From assembly GCA_905478415.1 (NCBI GenBank), contig CAJQIG010000002.1, positions 186,699-250,698 of the forward strand: a DNA stretch of 64,000 nt. Direction: 5' to 3'. The notes under the pieces were generated by a model that had not been told where the DNA came from, searched no databases, and saw only the letters and a program-made list of their open reading frames with translations. Origin of the DNA: an uncultured Patescibacteria group bacterium (lineage in GTDB: Bacteria; Patescibacteriota; Microgenomatia; UBA1400; PJMF01). Below, one piece after another: positions 1 through 9,006 of this stretch. Position 1 is the stretch's first letter, and each line of letters starts with the position of its first letter. The translations under genes and the position numbers were made by a program.

Positions 1-21
1 ACCGAAACAACGTATCTAGCT

Positions 22-1356
22 ATGCAGGGACTTTCTGTCGAGAGAAGGTCTGCTATTTTGCTTGGAATTTTAAGAAGTTTTCAGCAGCATGCTGGTTCTC
101 AGCTGCTTTGGCAGCACATGGTTGTGGATGTATTGATGCAGTTTGTCTCTGGAACAAAGTTGCTACAGATGGATGTTTTTATTCCCGAAGAATTCAAGCT
201 ATTAGCTCTCTCAGCCAAAGAAAACATGCCTCCTACCAGTAAGTTTTTTGTGAGAGATGCTTTGAAAGCATCAGATAGGTTGGGAGAGTATACGGGGATT
301 GGTCCCTCTCGAGCTGCAGCATCAACAGCTACAGTGCATCCATTGCAAAAAGTAGAAGATGCACCAGGAGAGTACAGCGCTGTATCTAAAACAATCCACG
401 AACATGCGGAGGCACACTTGGATGAAGAGTTTGCAGCATTCCGAGGAGCACTGACCTACCTAGCTCAAGAACTGGGTCTGCAACTGAACGTAGAGGGAAT
501 ACTCCAAGAGTTGCAGCAGCTTGTAAGGGTTGAACTGGATCCATTTGTTGAGTCGGCAAATACCAAAGTACTTCGTAAGTTGCGCAGTCGTCATACAGCT
601 GATTGGGTGCAAGTGCCAGAGATTATTTTTCGTTCTGATAAGCATATCGAGATGAGTATGGCGCCAGGCTATTCACTTCAGTCATTATTGGAAGGTGATG
701 TGCCCGAACAATATAAGCAAGTTAATTGGAAACAAGTATGTTTCTTGATAGTCAGGGATTACTTTCAGCAAGTGTTTGAGTTTGGCATGTTTAATGCTGA
801 TGAACACGCGGGGAATGTATTTGTTCGTTTAAAAGCGTCTTTAAAAAAGCTCATAAAGAGTTCTTCTGCAGACGAATCACCACCTGTAACAGTAATTGAT
901 CATGGGGCAGTGGGGTTTGCTGGATCTCAAGAGAGAAAGAAAGTGTTCTTTTTGTTTGGACTCGGGTTCGAACTTCAGGATGAGTCGATGGTATCCGAGG
1001 CTCTTTTTAACATACTCACAAATAGTGAGTTCAAATCTGCAGAGGCAGTGAAACAACGATTACGAGAATTGCCTGGAACGTTATTTGAGAATGCAGTTGA
1101 ACTACTTGTGCTTTCAGGTAAGGGTGCGGACCTGATTTTATTTGCCAAAGGATTGGCAGCTTTATTTCCACTCATCGAAAAGTTAAGTTTATTTGACAAA
1201 ATGCGAATTGCTATGCCGTATATTCGCAAACTTGGTTTAGAGCCGACGCTCATTAGAAATACTGGTTCTTTAACTCGGTCAGTACTTTCACAAGTATTAA
1301 CAGGTATTCGAGAGAAAAAACAATCATCTCTTGATAAGAACAAAAGTAAAACATAA
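22..1356 (+). CDS. UbiB/ABC1-family atypical kinase-like protein, probably 5'-truncated by window edge
   Basis: Motif FNADEHAGNVFV ... VIDHGAVGF matches the ABC1/UbiB HADxHPGN...DFG catalytic core. The frame is open back to base 1. Confidence 0.45.
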   Translation: MQGLSVERRSAILLGILRSFQQHAGSQLLWQHMVVDVLMQFVSGTKLLQMDVFIPEEFKLLALSAKENMPPTSKFFVRDALKASDRLGEYTGIGPSRAAASTATVHPLQKVEDAPGEYSAVSKTIHEHAEAHLDEEFAAFRGALTYLAQELGLQLNVEGILQELQQLVRVELDPFVESANTKVLRKLRSRHTADWVQVPEIIFRSDKHIEMSMAPGYSLQSLLEGDVPEQYKQVNWKQVCFLIVRDYFQQVFEFGMFNADEHAGNVFVRLKASLKKLIKSSSADESPPVTVIDHGAVGFAGSQERKKVFFLFGLGFELQDESMVSEALFNILTNSEFKSAEAVKQRLRELPGTLFENAVELLVLSGKGADLILFAKGLAALFPLIEKLSLFDKMRIAMPYIRKLGLEPTLIRNTGSLTRSVLSQVLTGIREKKQSSLDKNKSKT

Positions 1357-1527
1357 AAGTATGTAGTAAATATGCATTGTTTTTTTTAAAAACATGCGCT
1401 ATAGTTCCAAAAGTATGTATAACTTTGTTTGCTTTACCAAGCGCCACACTATTCAACTCTCAATTACAAGGGGTTGCGCTGTGGAAGTTGGAAAATAAAA
1501 CAACAAAGAAACACAACAAAGCGCGCA

Positions 1528-1551
1528 ACCTCCTAAAACAGGAGGTTTTTT
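1528..1551 (+). terminator. Rho-independent terminator-like hairpin (CCTCCT-aaaaca-GGAGG + T6)
   Basis: Perfect 5-6 bp GC stem followed by TTTTTT, downstream of the first CDS. Confidence 0.4.
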
Positions 1552-2232
1552 AATAGTAAAAAGTAGCTGCGCGCGAGGAAAGGAAGTATGAAAGATGGCG
1601 AACACATGCCATATTCACCCGAAGGATTGAAAGCATTAGCTTCAACCTTGAAGATTCACAAGTCTCTTCTATGGTTCGATGCCACTAATAGCCGGATTGC
1701 CTTCGCTCAACTTCCATCGCGCGAGTATCAACAAAGCTACGAAGAGGAAGAAGAGTAGCTGAAGGGCAAACTCTTTAGCTGTGCCAAGAGGGCACAGTAG
1801 ATAAAATGAGATGCGCAGTAGCAAGAGTAGAATATGAAAGGGATTGTATCGGTCGGGCGCGTCGCGCCAAGCAAGAGGCTTGGCGCAGTACGCCTTCACT
1901 CTGAGCTTTGTGACAGAGAAGATGATTAACTTGGAACACTTAGAACAAGGCACGAACTATTCATTACTGGGGGGCGACCCCACAGGTGAGTTGTATGTAT
2001 TGTTTACTGGCATTGTTGGTGAAGAAAACGACTCACTCATAGATGACTTTATTGCAGTTGGGATCATTCGATCTTTGCTTCAAAGTGGAGAGTATGTAGC
2101 TATTTCACTGGATACAGAAAATACTGAAACCTCAACTAATTCTTTTGAAGAAATGCGCTCTATGCAGTAGTGTGATATACTAGAACCTAGAATGTATAGA
2201 CGAAATAGAACCACGACCACCTCAACTATCAG

Positions 2233-2294
2233 CCCCATGTAGGGAAGAGAGGTTTCGTGTCAAAAAGCAGCTCTCCCACATGGGGGAGTTTTTA
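2233..2294 (+). terminator. Long imperfect hairpin + U-run just upstream of thrS (terminator or attenuator)
   Basis: CCCCATGTAGGGAAGAGAG...CTCTCCCACATGGGGG followed by AGTTTTTATT. No T-box sequence was recognised. Confidence 0.35.
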
Positions 2295-2358
2295 TTAGAC
2301 ACAAGTCTATTTTATTAATTGTTCAGAATGAACTATACTATCCAAGAAGGAATCACAC

Positions 2359-4143
2359 ATGTCAGACGCACATAACCACAATCACAACCACCTAGCAGAA
2401 CTCGAAGCTTTGGCTCAACTCCGTCACTCTGCCGCTCATTTACTTGCAGCCGCAGTACTCGAACTGTATCCTGATGCCAAACCAACTATTGGTCCAGCAA
2501 CTGATGATGGTTTTTATTACGATTTCGATTTTAGTGAGCCAATCTCAGAGAATGACTTACCTAAAATTGAGAAAAAAATGAAAGAGCTCGTCAAACATTG
2601 GCGAGAGTTTTCTCACCAAGTTGTAACTGCCGATGAAGCCCTAGAACTCTATAAAAAGAACGAATATAAGTCTGAACTTATTCGAGAATTTGCTGGAGAG
2701 AATAGAACACTCACACTCTACATGGCTGGCAATTTCACAGATCTTTGTCGAGGTGGGCACGTTGAGAGTCCTAAGAAAGAACTCAAATTTTTTAAGTTAC
2801 TCTCACTAGCTGGTGCCTATTGGCGTGGGAGCGAAGAGAACAAAATGTTGACTCGTATTTATGGAACTGCTTTCTTCAGCAAAGATGAACTCAAAGAAAA
2901 CCTGCAAATGCGAGAGGATGCAAAAGCTCGTGATCATCGAAAACTGGGTAAAGAACTAGGATTATTTGTCTTTTCGGATACTATTGGCAAAGGTCTGCCG
3001 CTTTGGACAGAAAAGGGGACAACAATCCGCCGAGAACTGGAACGCTTTATTACTGACGAAGAAATTCGTCGTGGTTATAAGCATGTGATGACTCCTGATA
3101 TTGCTAATCTTGATCTGTATCGAAAATCTGGTCACTATCCGTACTACAAGGATTCGATGTATGCGCCAATCAAAATTGAGGATGAAGAGTACATGCTTCG
3201 GCCAATGACCTGTCCACATCATTTTGAGTTATATTCTTCGGCTCCACATTCGTATCGAGAATTGCCAATGCGTATTGCCGAACTAGCTAAGTTGTACCGC
3301 TACGAGCGTTCTGGCGAACTATCTGGATTGATTCGTGTCAGAAGCTTCTGTTTAGCCGATTCTCACATCATCTGTAGCAAAGACCAAGCTAAGGCCGAAA
3401 TTAATGGTGTTCTGGACCTGATAGAGTATATTTCAAGTGTCTTTGGTCTCGAAAAAGGTAAAAACTATTCATATCGCTTGTCACTCGGTGATCGCTCAGA
3501 TGAAAAGAAGTACTTTAAGGATGACGCTTCGTGGGATTTTGCCGAAAAAGTGCTTCGTCAGGTTCTGATTGAGCGAGATGCTGTGTATGTTGAAGCCGAA
3601 GGAGAAGCTGCTTTCTACGGGCCAAAAATTGATGTGCAGATGCGTAATGTTAATGGAAAAGAAGACACAGCTTTTACGGTTCAGTACGACTTTGTTATGC
3701 CAAAGCGATTTGACCTTAAGTTTACAAATGAAGCTGGAGAGGAGGAGCAGCCAGTAGTGGTTCACAGATCTTCGATTGGTGCGATCGAGCGCAGTATTGC
3801 GTTTTTGATCGAACACTATGCCGGTAAGTTCCCGGTTTGGCTTTCGCCAACTCAGGTAAGCATCTTGCCAATTTCTGATAATTATTTGGAGTATGCCGAA
3901 GAAGTCAAAATTGCACTGGCTCGACACAATGTGCGCGTTCACCTTGATGACAGGTCGGAGCGACTCCAAGCCAAAATTCGCCATGCCCAGATGGAACAGA
4001 TTCCGTACATGCTGGTTGTCGGTGAAAAAGAAGTTGCCGATGGCACGGTGGCCGTGCGTCACCGAGACAAAAAAGAGCAGCAAGTGATGAAAATTGCCGA
4101 CTTTGTTTCCTTGGTAGTTTCTGAAATTGCTGAAAAGAAGTAA
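2359..4143 (+). CDS. thrS: Threonyl-tRNA synthetase
   Basis: 594 aa with a class II aaRS core, an N-terminal editing/TGS-like region and a C-terminal anticodon-binding domain. RBS AAGGAA lies 7 nt upstream. Confidence 0.93.
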   Translation: MSDAHNHNHNHLAELEALAQLRHSAAHLLAAAVLELYPDAKPTIGPATDDGFYYDFDFSEPISENDLPKIEKKMKELVKHWREFSHQVVTADEALELYKKNEYKSELIREFAGENRTLTLYMAGNFTDLCRGGHVESPKKELKFFKLLSLAGAYWRGSEENKMLTRIYGTAFFSKDELKENLQMREDAKARDHRKLGKELGLFVFSDTIGKGLPLWTEKGTTIRRELERFITDEEIRRGYKHVMTPDIANLDLYRKSGHYPYYKDSMYAPIKIEDEEYMLRPMTCPHHFELYSSAPHSYRELPMRIAELAKLYRYERSGELSGLIRVRSFCLADSHIICSKDQAKAEINGVLDLIEYISSVFGLEKGKNYSYRLSLGDRSDEKKYFKDDASWDFAEKVLRQVLIERDAVYVEAEGEAAFYGPKIDVQMRNVNGKEDTAFTVQYDFVMPKRFDLKFTNEAGEEEQPVVVHRSSIGAIERSIAFLIEHYAGKFPVWLSPTQVSILPISDNYLEYAEEVKIALARHNVRVHLDDRSERLQAKIRHAQMEQIPYMLVVGEKEVADGTVAVRHRDKKEQQVMKIADFVSLVVSEIAEKK

Positions 4144-4164
4144 CTTTTGTATAGAATTGAATAA

Positions 4165-4199
4165 AAAAGCCTCGACGCGCTGCGTCGGGGCTTTTTACT
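4165..4199 (+). terminator. thrS terminator
   Basis: GCCTCGACGC-gctg-CGTCGGGGC followed by TTTTT. Confidence 0.6.
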
Positions 4200-4225
4200 G
4201 TGTACTACATAATTAAGACAAAAAA

Positions 4226-4252
4226 ACGCCAAGGTAGATCCTTGGCGTTTGA
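4226..4252 (-). terminator. Terminator for the minus-strand gene 4261-4584
   Basis: CGCCAAGG-tagatc-CCTTGGCG with a T-run on the minus strand. Confidence 0.5.
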
Positions 4253-4260
4253 CATACGTA

Positions 4261-4584
4261 TTATTGATAAAGTTGGCAGACGGCGACTTCGTCACCGATC
4301 TGCCAGGTGCAGACGCCAGTGACATCCTGGTCACTGGTCGAGACAACAAATTGTCTCAGGATAACTTCACCGTCACCGCTCGGTAGAACGGTTTTGTACA
4401 AAGTTACCGCGTTTTCAGAAACTGAAACTCCTGTTTCCTGCTCGAAGAATGTAGCAACTTGAGCCTTGTCAGGTTCGAGCTGACTGACTTGAGATAGAAT
4501 AACAACAGACCATATTCTGATTCCAATAAGAGCCAGTAGCAATACTACAATCAATCCAATCAAGAGGTCTCGTCGATTATACAT
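4261..4584 (-). CDS. Small membrane-anchored hypothetical protein
   Basis: 107 aa with an N-terminal TM helix (LLIGLIVVLLLALIGIRIW). Confidence 0.45.
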   Translation of the reverse strand: MYNRRDLLIGLIVVLLLALIGIRIWSVVILSQVSQLEPDKAQVATFFEQETGVSVSENAVTLYKTVLPSGDGEVILRQFVVSTSDQDVTGVCTWQIGDEVAVCQLYQ

Positions 4585-4751
4585 ATTTCTTCATCCCTTT
4601 ATCCAATTTTAAAAAAACTGGGTAAATAAATACGTTTATTAAAGAGTGGCTATTCCAACTTAAATTAAAATAATACAAGTTGAAACAACATCCTATATTA
4701 TATACAAAAATGACAAAAAGTCAAGTGAAATAAATAAAAATGACAGAGAAA

Positions 4752-4779
4752 AGCCCCAGCATGATTGCCGGGGCTTTTT
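4752..4779. terminator. Bidirectional terminator hairpin
   Basis: AGCCCCAGC...GCCGGGGCT flanked by an A-run and a T-run. Confidence 0.45.
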
Positions 4780-4788
4780 AACAAGTAA

Positions 4789-5211
4789 CTAATCATCGGT
4801 GGTACACACCATTTTTTCGCGGCGCGTACCCCAAATGCATGTACCAATAATTTTATTTCGACCTTCTACATGCACTTCGAAGTCCTGGGAACAGCTGTTG
4901 CCGCCGGTGATTTGGTGGCATGCTTGTTCTAGAAGCACAACGTTCTCAGGCTCGATACCATAATTGGTATACCTTGTCTCGTTACCTAGATAGGTAGCAA
5001 TCCTGGCTTCATTTGGCATTTGGCCAAAGTAGTTACTGACTGCGTTTGTGACAAAGAGTGTTCCTAGTAGGGCGGCCAAAATAATCGAAAGAATAAAGAG
5101 TCCAACGGCTAGATCTTGAACAAACCACTGCCAAATTTTTTGAATTTTGACTTGGCCTTTTTCAAGAGTCTTTAAAACTTTCAGTTTTAACTCATATTTT
5201 TTTTGTTTCAT
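4789..5211 (-). CDS. Membrane-anchored hypothetical protein
   Basis: 140 aa with one TM helix. Its start overlaps the stop of the upstream gene in ATGA. Confidence 0.45.
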   Translation of the reverse strand: MKQKKYELKLKVLKTLEKGQVKIQKIWQWFVQDLAVGLFILSIILAALLGTLFVTNAVSNYFGQMPNEARIATYLGNETRYTNYGIEPENVVLLEQACHQITGGNSCSQDFEVHVEGRNKIIGTCIWGTRREKMVCTTDD

Positions 5212-5606
5212 GATTCCTCCAAAAAAGCTAGAACGCCAGGTTTCTGGCGTTGATTAAAATCGTCAATAAAGCACCTTGGAATCGCATAGCTTCCAGTAGT
5301 GCATACACCAGTTGAGTAAGTGTCATCGGTGAAGATGACGTCGAACTTGACTTGGCAGATTTTTTGAATAGTATTTTTTCCATCTAGTTTGCAGTGCCAG
5401 TCAGATTGAAAGGCAATATGTTTTACTAGAAGGGAAGGATTCTCTTCAATCTTTTCTAAATTCTCATTCAAAAGCAGTTCTGCTTGCTGTTCAGTCAGCG
5501 GATGGACTTCGACCAGGGTATACGATAGTAATCCTTGAAAAAGCATCCCAGTACAAAAGAGAATCAGAGCCCACATATGGGGCTCATATTTTTTGAAACG
5601 AGCCAC
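5208..5606 (-). CDS. Membrane-anchored hypothetical protein
   Basis: 132 aa with an N-terminal TM helix, translationally coupled to the downstream ORF. Confidence 0.45.
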   Translation of the reverse strand: MARFKKYEPHMWALILFCTGMLFQGLLSYTLVEVHPLTEQQAELLLNENLEKIEENPSLLVKHIAFQSDWHCKLDGKNTIQKICQVKFDVIFTDDTYSTGVCTTGSYAIPRCFIDDFNQRQKPGVLAFLEES

Positions 5607-5776
5607 GAGGGCCTCCTTTTGTTTTTTTATAGTTACTTGTTAAAGAAAAACATTACAATTGGGTTGTGAAACACAACTGTAATGTCCTATATTATATATT
5701 AGGAATCATTTTTATTCAAGCAATGGCTTGGAAAAAGACCTATGGTACAATTTGTTTCGTAATTATTTGGAGTTTC

Positions 5777-6640
5777 ATGCAAGAAAATAAAAAAATACTT
5801 TCTATTGGTTCACTGGTTATCGATAGAATTAACGGTAAGAAAAGACCTGGTGGAGAGGCTACTAATGTAGCGGTCAATACACAACGGTTAGGAGTAGATG
5901 CTTCGTTGTTAACAGTTGCTGCGCGCAGCCCAGAGTCGGTTGTGTTGCAGGAGGAAATTGAGGCTTTGGGTGTTTCATTTTTTGCATTATCACAGGTTTT
6001 AGAAAAACTTCCAGAATGTCACATCTATATGGGTGCAGATGGGAAAGAAGAAGGATATGATTGGATTGATAATGGTTTAGAAAGTGCTTATGCAACTTCT
6101 GAAGTTCCTGTTTCACTTGTTCAAGCATACCAAACAGTTTATTTAGCAGCTTGTGAACCAGGATTCGCGTACCGTGTTTCTCAACAGGTGCAATCTCATC
6201 AAACTGTCGTTTTTAATCCTGGCACAAGAATATATGAAGATCCAGGCATGTTTATGCAGACACATAGGCAAAGCTCTATCACATTTATGAATCAATCGGA
6301 GTTCGATCATTTGCAGGTTAAAAAATATGTTAGGACAGAAGAGGATCTTTTATATTCTTCAGAACAGATGGTTATTATTACGGCTGGAAAAAATGGAGCT
6401 CGGTTAGTAACTAAAGAGGGCATAAAAAACTATCCAGCTCAGTTGGTGCCAGCTATTGATGAAACGGGAGCGGGTGACTCCTTTGCTTCTGCAGTGATTT
6501 GGGCTTTAGGTAGAGGTTTAGAAATGGATGCGGCAATGGTCTCAGCAAGCATACTAGCATCACTCGTTGTTCAAAGGGTTGGAGCGCAAATAGATGCAGA
6601 AACGGCTGCTCACTTTATACAGCAAATTGTGAATCAGTAG
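5777..6640 (+). CDS. PfkB-family carbohydrate/ribokinase-like kinase
   Basis: C-terminal DETGAGDSFASAV PfkB signature. The internal Met at 5777 gives a typical ribokinase N-terminus (KKILSIGSLVID). The ORF opens at 5666. Confidence 0.75.
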   Translation: MQENKKILSIGSLVIDRINGKKRPGGEATNVAVNTQRLGVDASLLTVAARSPESVVLQEEIEALGVSFFALSQVLEKLPECHIYMGADGKEEGYDWIDNGLESAYATSEVPVSLVQAYQTVYLAACEPGFAYRVSQQVQSHQTVVFNPGTRIYEDPGMFMQTHRQSSITFMNQSEFDHLQVKKYVRTEEDLLYSSEQMVIITAGKNGARLVTKEGIKNYPAQLVPAIDETGAGDSFASAVIWALGRGLEMDAAMVSASILASLVVQRVGAQIDAETAAHFIQQIVNQ

Positions 6641-6655
6641 TTACTGGATCAAATT

Positions 6656-7423
6656 TTATGTTACGTGTAAGGGGTGTTCAATTGGTGTGTTAGCCAATAT
6701 TTCAATTACTTGTTGGTAAGTGTGATCAATGTTTCCGAACTTTGGTGTAATTATTTGAATGATTCCATTTTTTTCAAGCAAAGCACAATGAGCTTGATCA
6801 GCTTTTCCTTCAGCAACGCGGATGACTTGTTTTTCTGGAGAGTCTGTGGCTCGTTTTTGTAATGTTTTCTGAGTAAAATTTTCATCGGTGGGTACAACTC
6901 CAACCTTAATGGCTTGGGGAAGAAGGTATTCAACTTCACCTTCTATGCGGTTGGGAGGGGACTCCATAATGAGTTTTTTATTCGCTGCTAATAGTGAATA
7001 AATAATATCGATATCATATGCATAGGCATTACCATAGGCAGTCACAATTAAAAACAATTTTCCTGTTCCTTCCAGAATGTAGAGTTCATCATGAGATATT
7101 CCATATGAGCCTTTCTCGATTTCACCAGGTCTTATGGGTTGTCGAGTGGTGACGTATGGTGCTTCTTGGAAGCCAACTGTGTGTTCTAAAAAGGAGATCA
7201 AGGTGCCTTTTCCAGCTCCAGATGGGCCGGTAATGAGAATAACTTGATTACTTCTTTTTTGTATAAATGATATTTTTTCTTTGAGTTCAGTGGTTATTTT
7301 CTCAAGAGTTAGCATTTCAACTTGGTTGAGTAGCTGAGTGATAAAGTCAGGTCCAAGTGCTAAGAGTCTTTGATCAGTGAGGATATCTGCAGATTGTAGA
7401 GTAATAGGTTTTATTTCTTTCAT
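6656..7423 (-). CDS. gmk: Guanylate kinase-like protein with N-terminal extension
   Basis: GPSGAGKGTL P-loop and YVTTRQPIRPGEIEKGSYGISHDEL match the Gmk S.TTR..RPGE..G..Y motif. Confidence 0.6.
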   Translation of the reverse strand: MKEIKPITLQSADILTDQRLLALGPDFITQLLNQVEMLTLEKITTELKEKISFIQKRSNQVILITGPSGAGKGTLISFLEHTVGFQEAPYVTTRQPIRPGEIEKGSYGISHDELYILEGTGKLFLIVTAYGNAYAYDIDIIYSLLAANKKLIMESPPNRIEGEVEYLLPQAIKVGVVPTDENFTQKTLQKRATDSPEKQVIRVAEGKADQAHCALLEKNGIIQIITPKFGNIDHTYQQVIEILANTPIEHPLHVT

Positions 7424-7463
7424 AGTTGAGGATTATACCAGATAATTTTAAAATCCTATAGTT

Positions 7464-7492
7464 TTGACAAAAGGATCGACAAACTGTATAAT
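7464..7492 (+). promoter_or_regulatory. Consensus sigma70-type promoter TTGACA-N17-TATAAT
   Basis: Exact TTGACA (7464-7469), 17 nt spacer, TATAAT (7487-7492), about 93 nt upstream of the 7585 CDS. Confidence 0.5.
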
Positions 7493-7584
7493 TTACGCAT
7501 CAGGTATGTACAATATCTGATTTTTCTTTAACATTCAAAAAAATTGTACGTAAATAGTTTTTTTACCTTCATAAGGAGATAACC

Positions 7585-8988
7585 ATGAGTCAAATGTACG
7601 ATGTAATTATTGTAGGAGCAGGCCCCGGCGGAATGTTCGCAGCAATGGAGTTAATTGGAAAAGGACTCAAGGTCCTTATGTTGGAGCATGGCCGACCGTA
7701 TGCAAAACGGTTGGAATGTCCAATTATGGATTTGGGGCATGAACGATGCCCTGGGTCTGGTTGTGGCGGCAGTTGTAATGTGATAAGCGGGTTTGGTGGT
7801 GCGTTCACTCAACGAAGTGGGGGTACTCTAAGTATGTATCCTGCAGGATCACATCTGTTGAACTATTTTCCTTCAGAGAAAATTTTGATTGCTCGGTACA
7901 ATGAAGTACTGGGTGTTTGGAAAAATTTTGCTGATGGAAGAATGAAATTAGAAGGGGATATCCCCAAAGAGAAGATTTATCGTTTTGGACATGATGTTTC
8001 TCTACAAGGTGGGGTATATAAGCACTGGCAAGGATATAAAATGTCCCGAGAAGTGTTGAATCAAACCACCCAGAAGATGGAAGAACACATTAAGAATGGT
8101 ATCGAAGTAGCCCACAGGAAATCAGTTACTAAAGTTGAAAAACAAGGCAAAATCTGGCATCTCTACTGTGCAGATGGCACAGAGTATATGTCAAAATCTG
8201 TCTTGTTTTCTACTGGTCGAAAAGGCAACTCAGTTGTCTCTCAGATATTAACTGAAGCTGGTATTCAATATGCTCGCTCATCAATCGATATCGGCATTCG
8301 CCTTGAAATCGATGAAGGAATTATTGATCACTTGGCTGAAATTCATCCAGATGTCAAAATTAAATTTGATGTTCATGGCCATGAAGTCAGAACGTTTTGT
8401 TTCTGTCCTGGTGGTCGGATGGCGGTCTTTTCTCAAGACCCAGTTGACGAGATCAGTTGGCAACGCATGCTGTTTTTAGAAGGCTATATTGGCCTTGCCG
8501 AGAGTAGTGGTCGAACTAACATGAGTTTCTTGCATCGGCTGAGTTTTGAAAATTCCGAACAAGTTTGGGATTTTCAGCGCAAGTTTGAGGGTAACTACCA
8601 GAAAATGGGAGGTGTCCCAATTGCGCAGCGGTACACCGATTTGGGTAAACCAGTGTTTCGGGCTCTGCCAGATGGACACACTCTCTCTGTATATCGGATT
8701 GGTGGAGTCATGAACGTGATTCCCAATGATTCTGGTGAAAAAATTCTTGAAGCAATGCGTCGGTTTAACCGACTCATGGGTGGTAAAGTCCTCACGGATC
8801 GCGCTGTCCTCATTGCTCCCGAATTGGGAAACTTTTGGCCAGAGGTAGTCGTGAACAATGATTTTCAGACTTCGCGCGCCGGCATGTTTATGGCTGGCGA
8901 TGGCTTAGGATTTACTCGTGGCGCTTTGCAAGCATCCCTGACGGGAACTGCAGCAGCTCGTGGTATTCAAAACTATCTGTCAGCATAG
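7585..8988 (+). CDS. FAD-dependent oxidoreductase (uncharacterised FAD-dependent dehydrogenase family)
   Basis: N-terminal DVIIVGAGPGG dinucleotide-binding motif, 467 aa. Confidence 0.7.
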   Translation: MSQMYDVIIVGAGPGGMFAAMELIGKGLKVLMLEHGRPYAKRLECPIMDLGHERCPGSGCGGSCNVISGFGGAFTQRSGGTLSMYPAGSHLLNYFPSEKILIARYNEVLGVWKNFADGRMKLEGDIPKEKIYRFGHDVSLQGGVYKHWQGYKMSREVLNQTTQKMEEHIKNGIEVAHRKSVTKVEKQGKIWHLYCADGTEYMSKSVLFSTGRKGNSVVSQILTEAGIQYARSSIDIGIRLEIDEGIIDHLAEIHPDVKIKFDVHGHEVRTFCFCPGGRMAVFSQDPVDEISWQRMLFLEGYIGLAESSGRTNMSFLHRLSFENSEQVWDFQRKFEGNYQKMGGVPIAQRYTDLGKPVFRALPDGHTLSVYRIGGVMNVIPNDSGEKILEAMRRFNRLMGGKVLTDRAVLIAPELGNFWPEVVVNNDFQTSRAGMFMAGDGLGFTRGALQASLTGTAAARGIQNYLSA

Positions 8989-9006
8989 CTGGCAAAGGAG
9001 AACCTT

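Noticed and set aside
2171-2358. T-box riboswitch leader upstream of thrS
   Set aside because: The intergenic region is only about 190 nt and lacks the conserved T-box sequence. Only a hairpin plus U-run was seen.
5666-5776. N-terminal hydrophobic extension of the PfkB kinase ORF
   Set aside because: Cytoplasmic ribokinase-family enzymes lack such extensions. The internal Met gives a canonical N-terminus, so the upstream part is probably untranslated.
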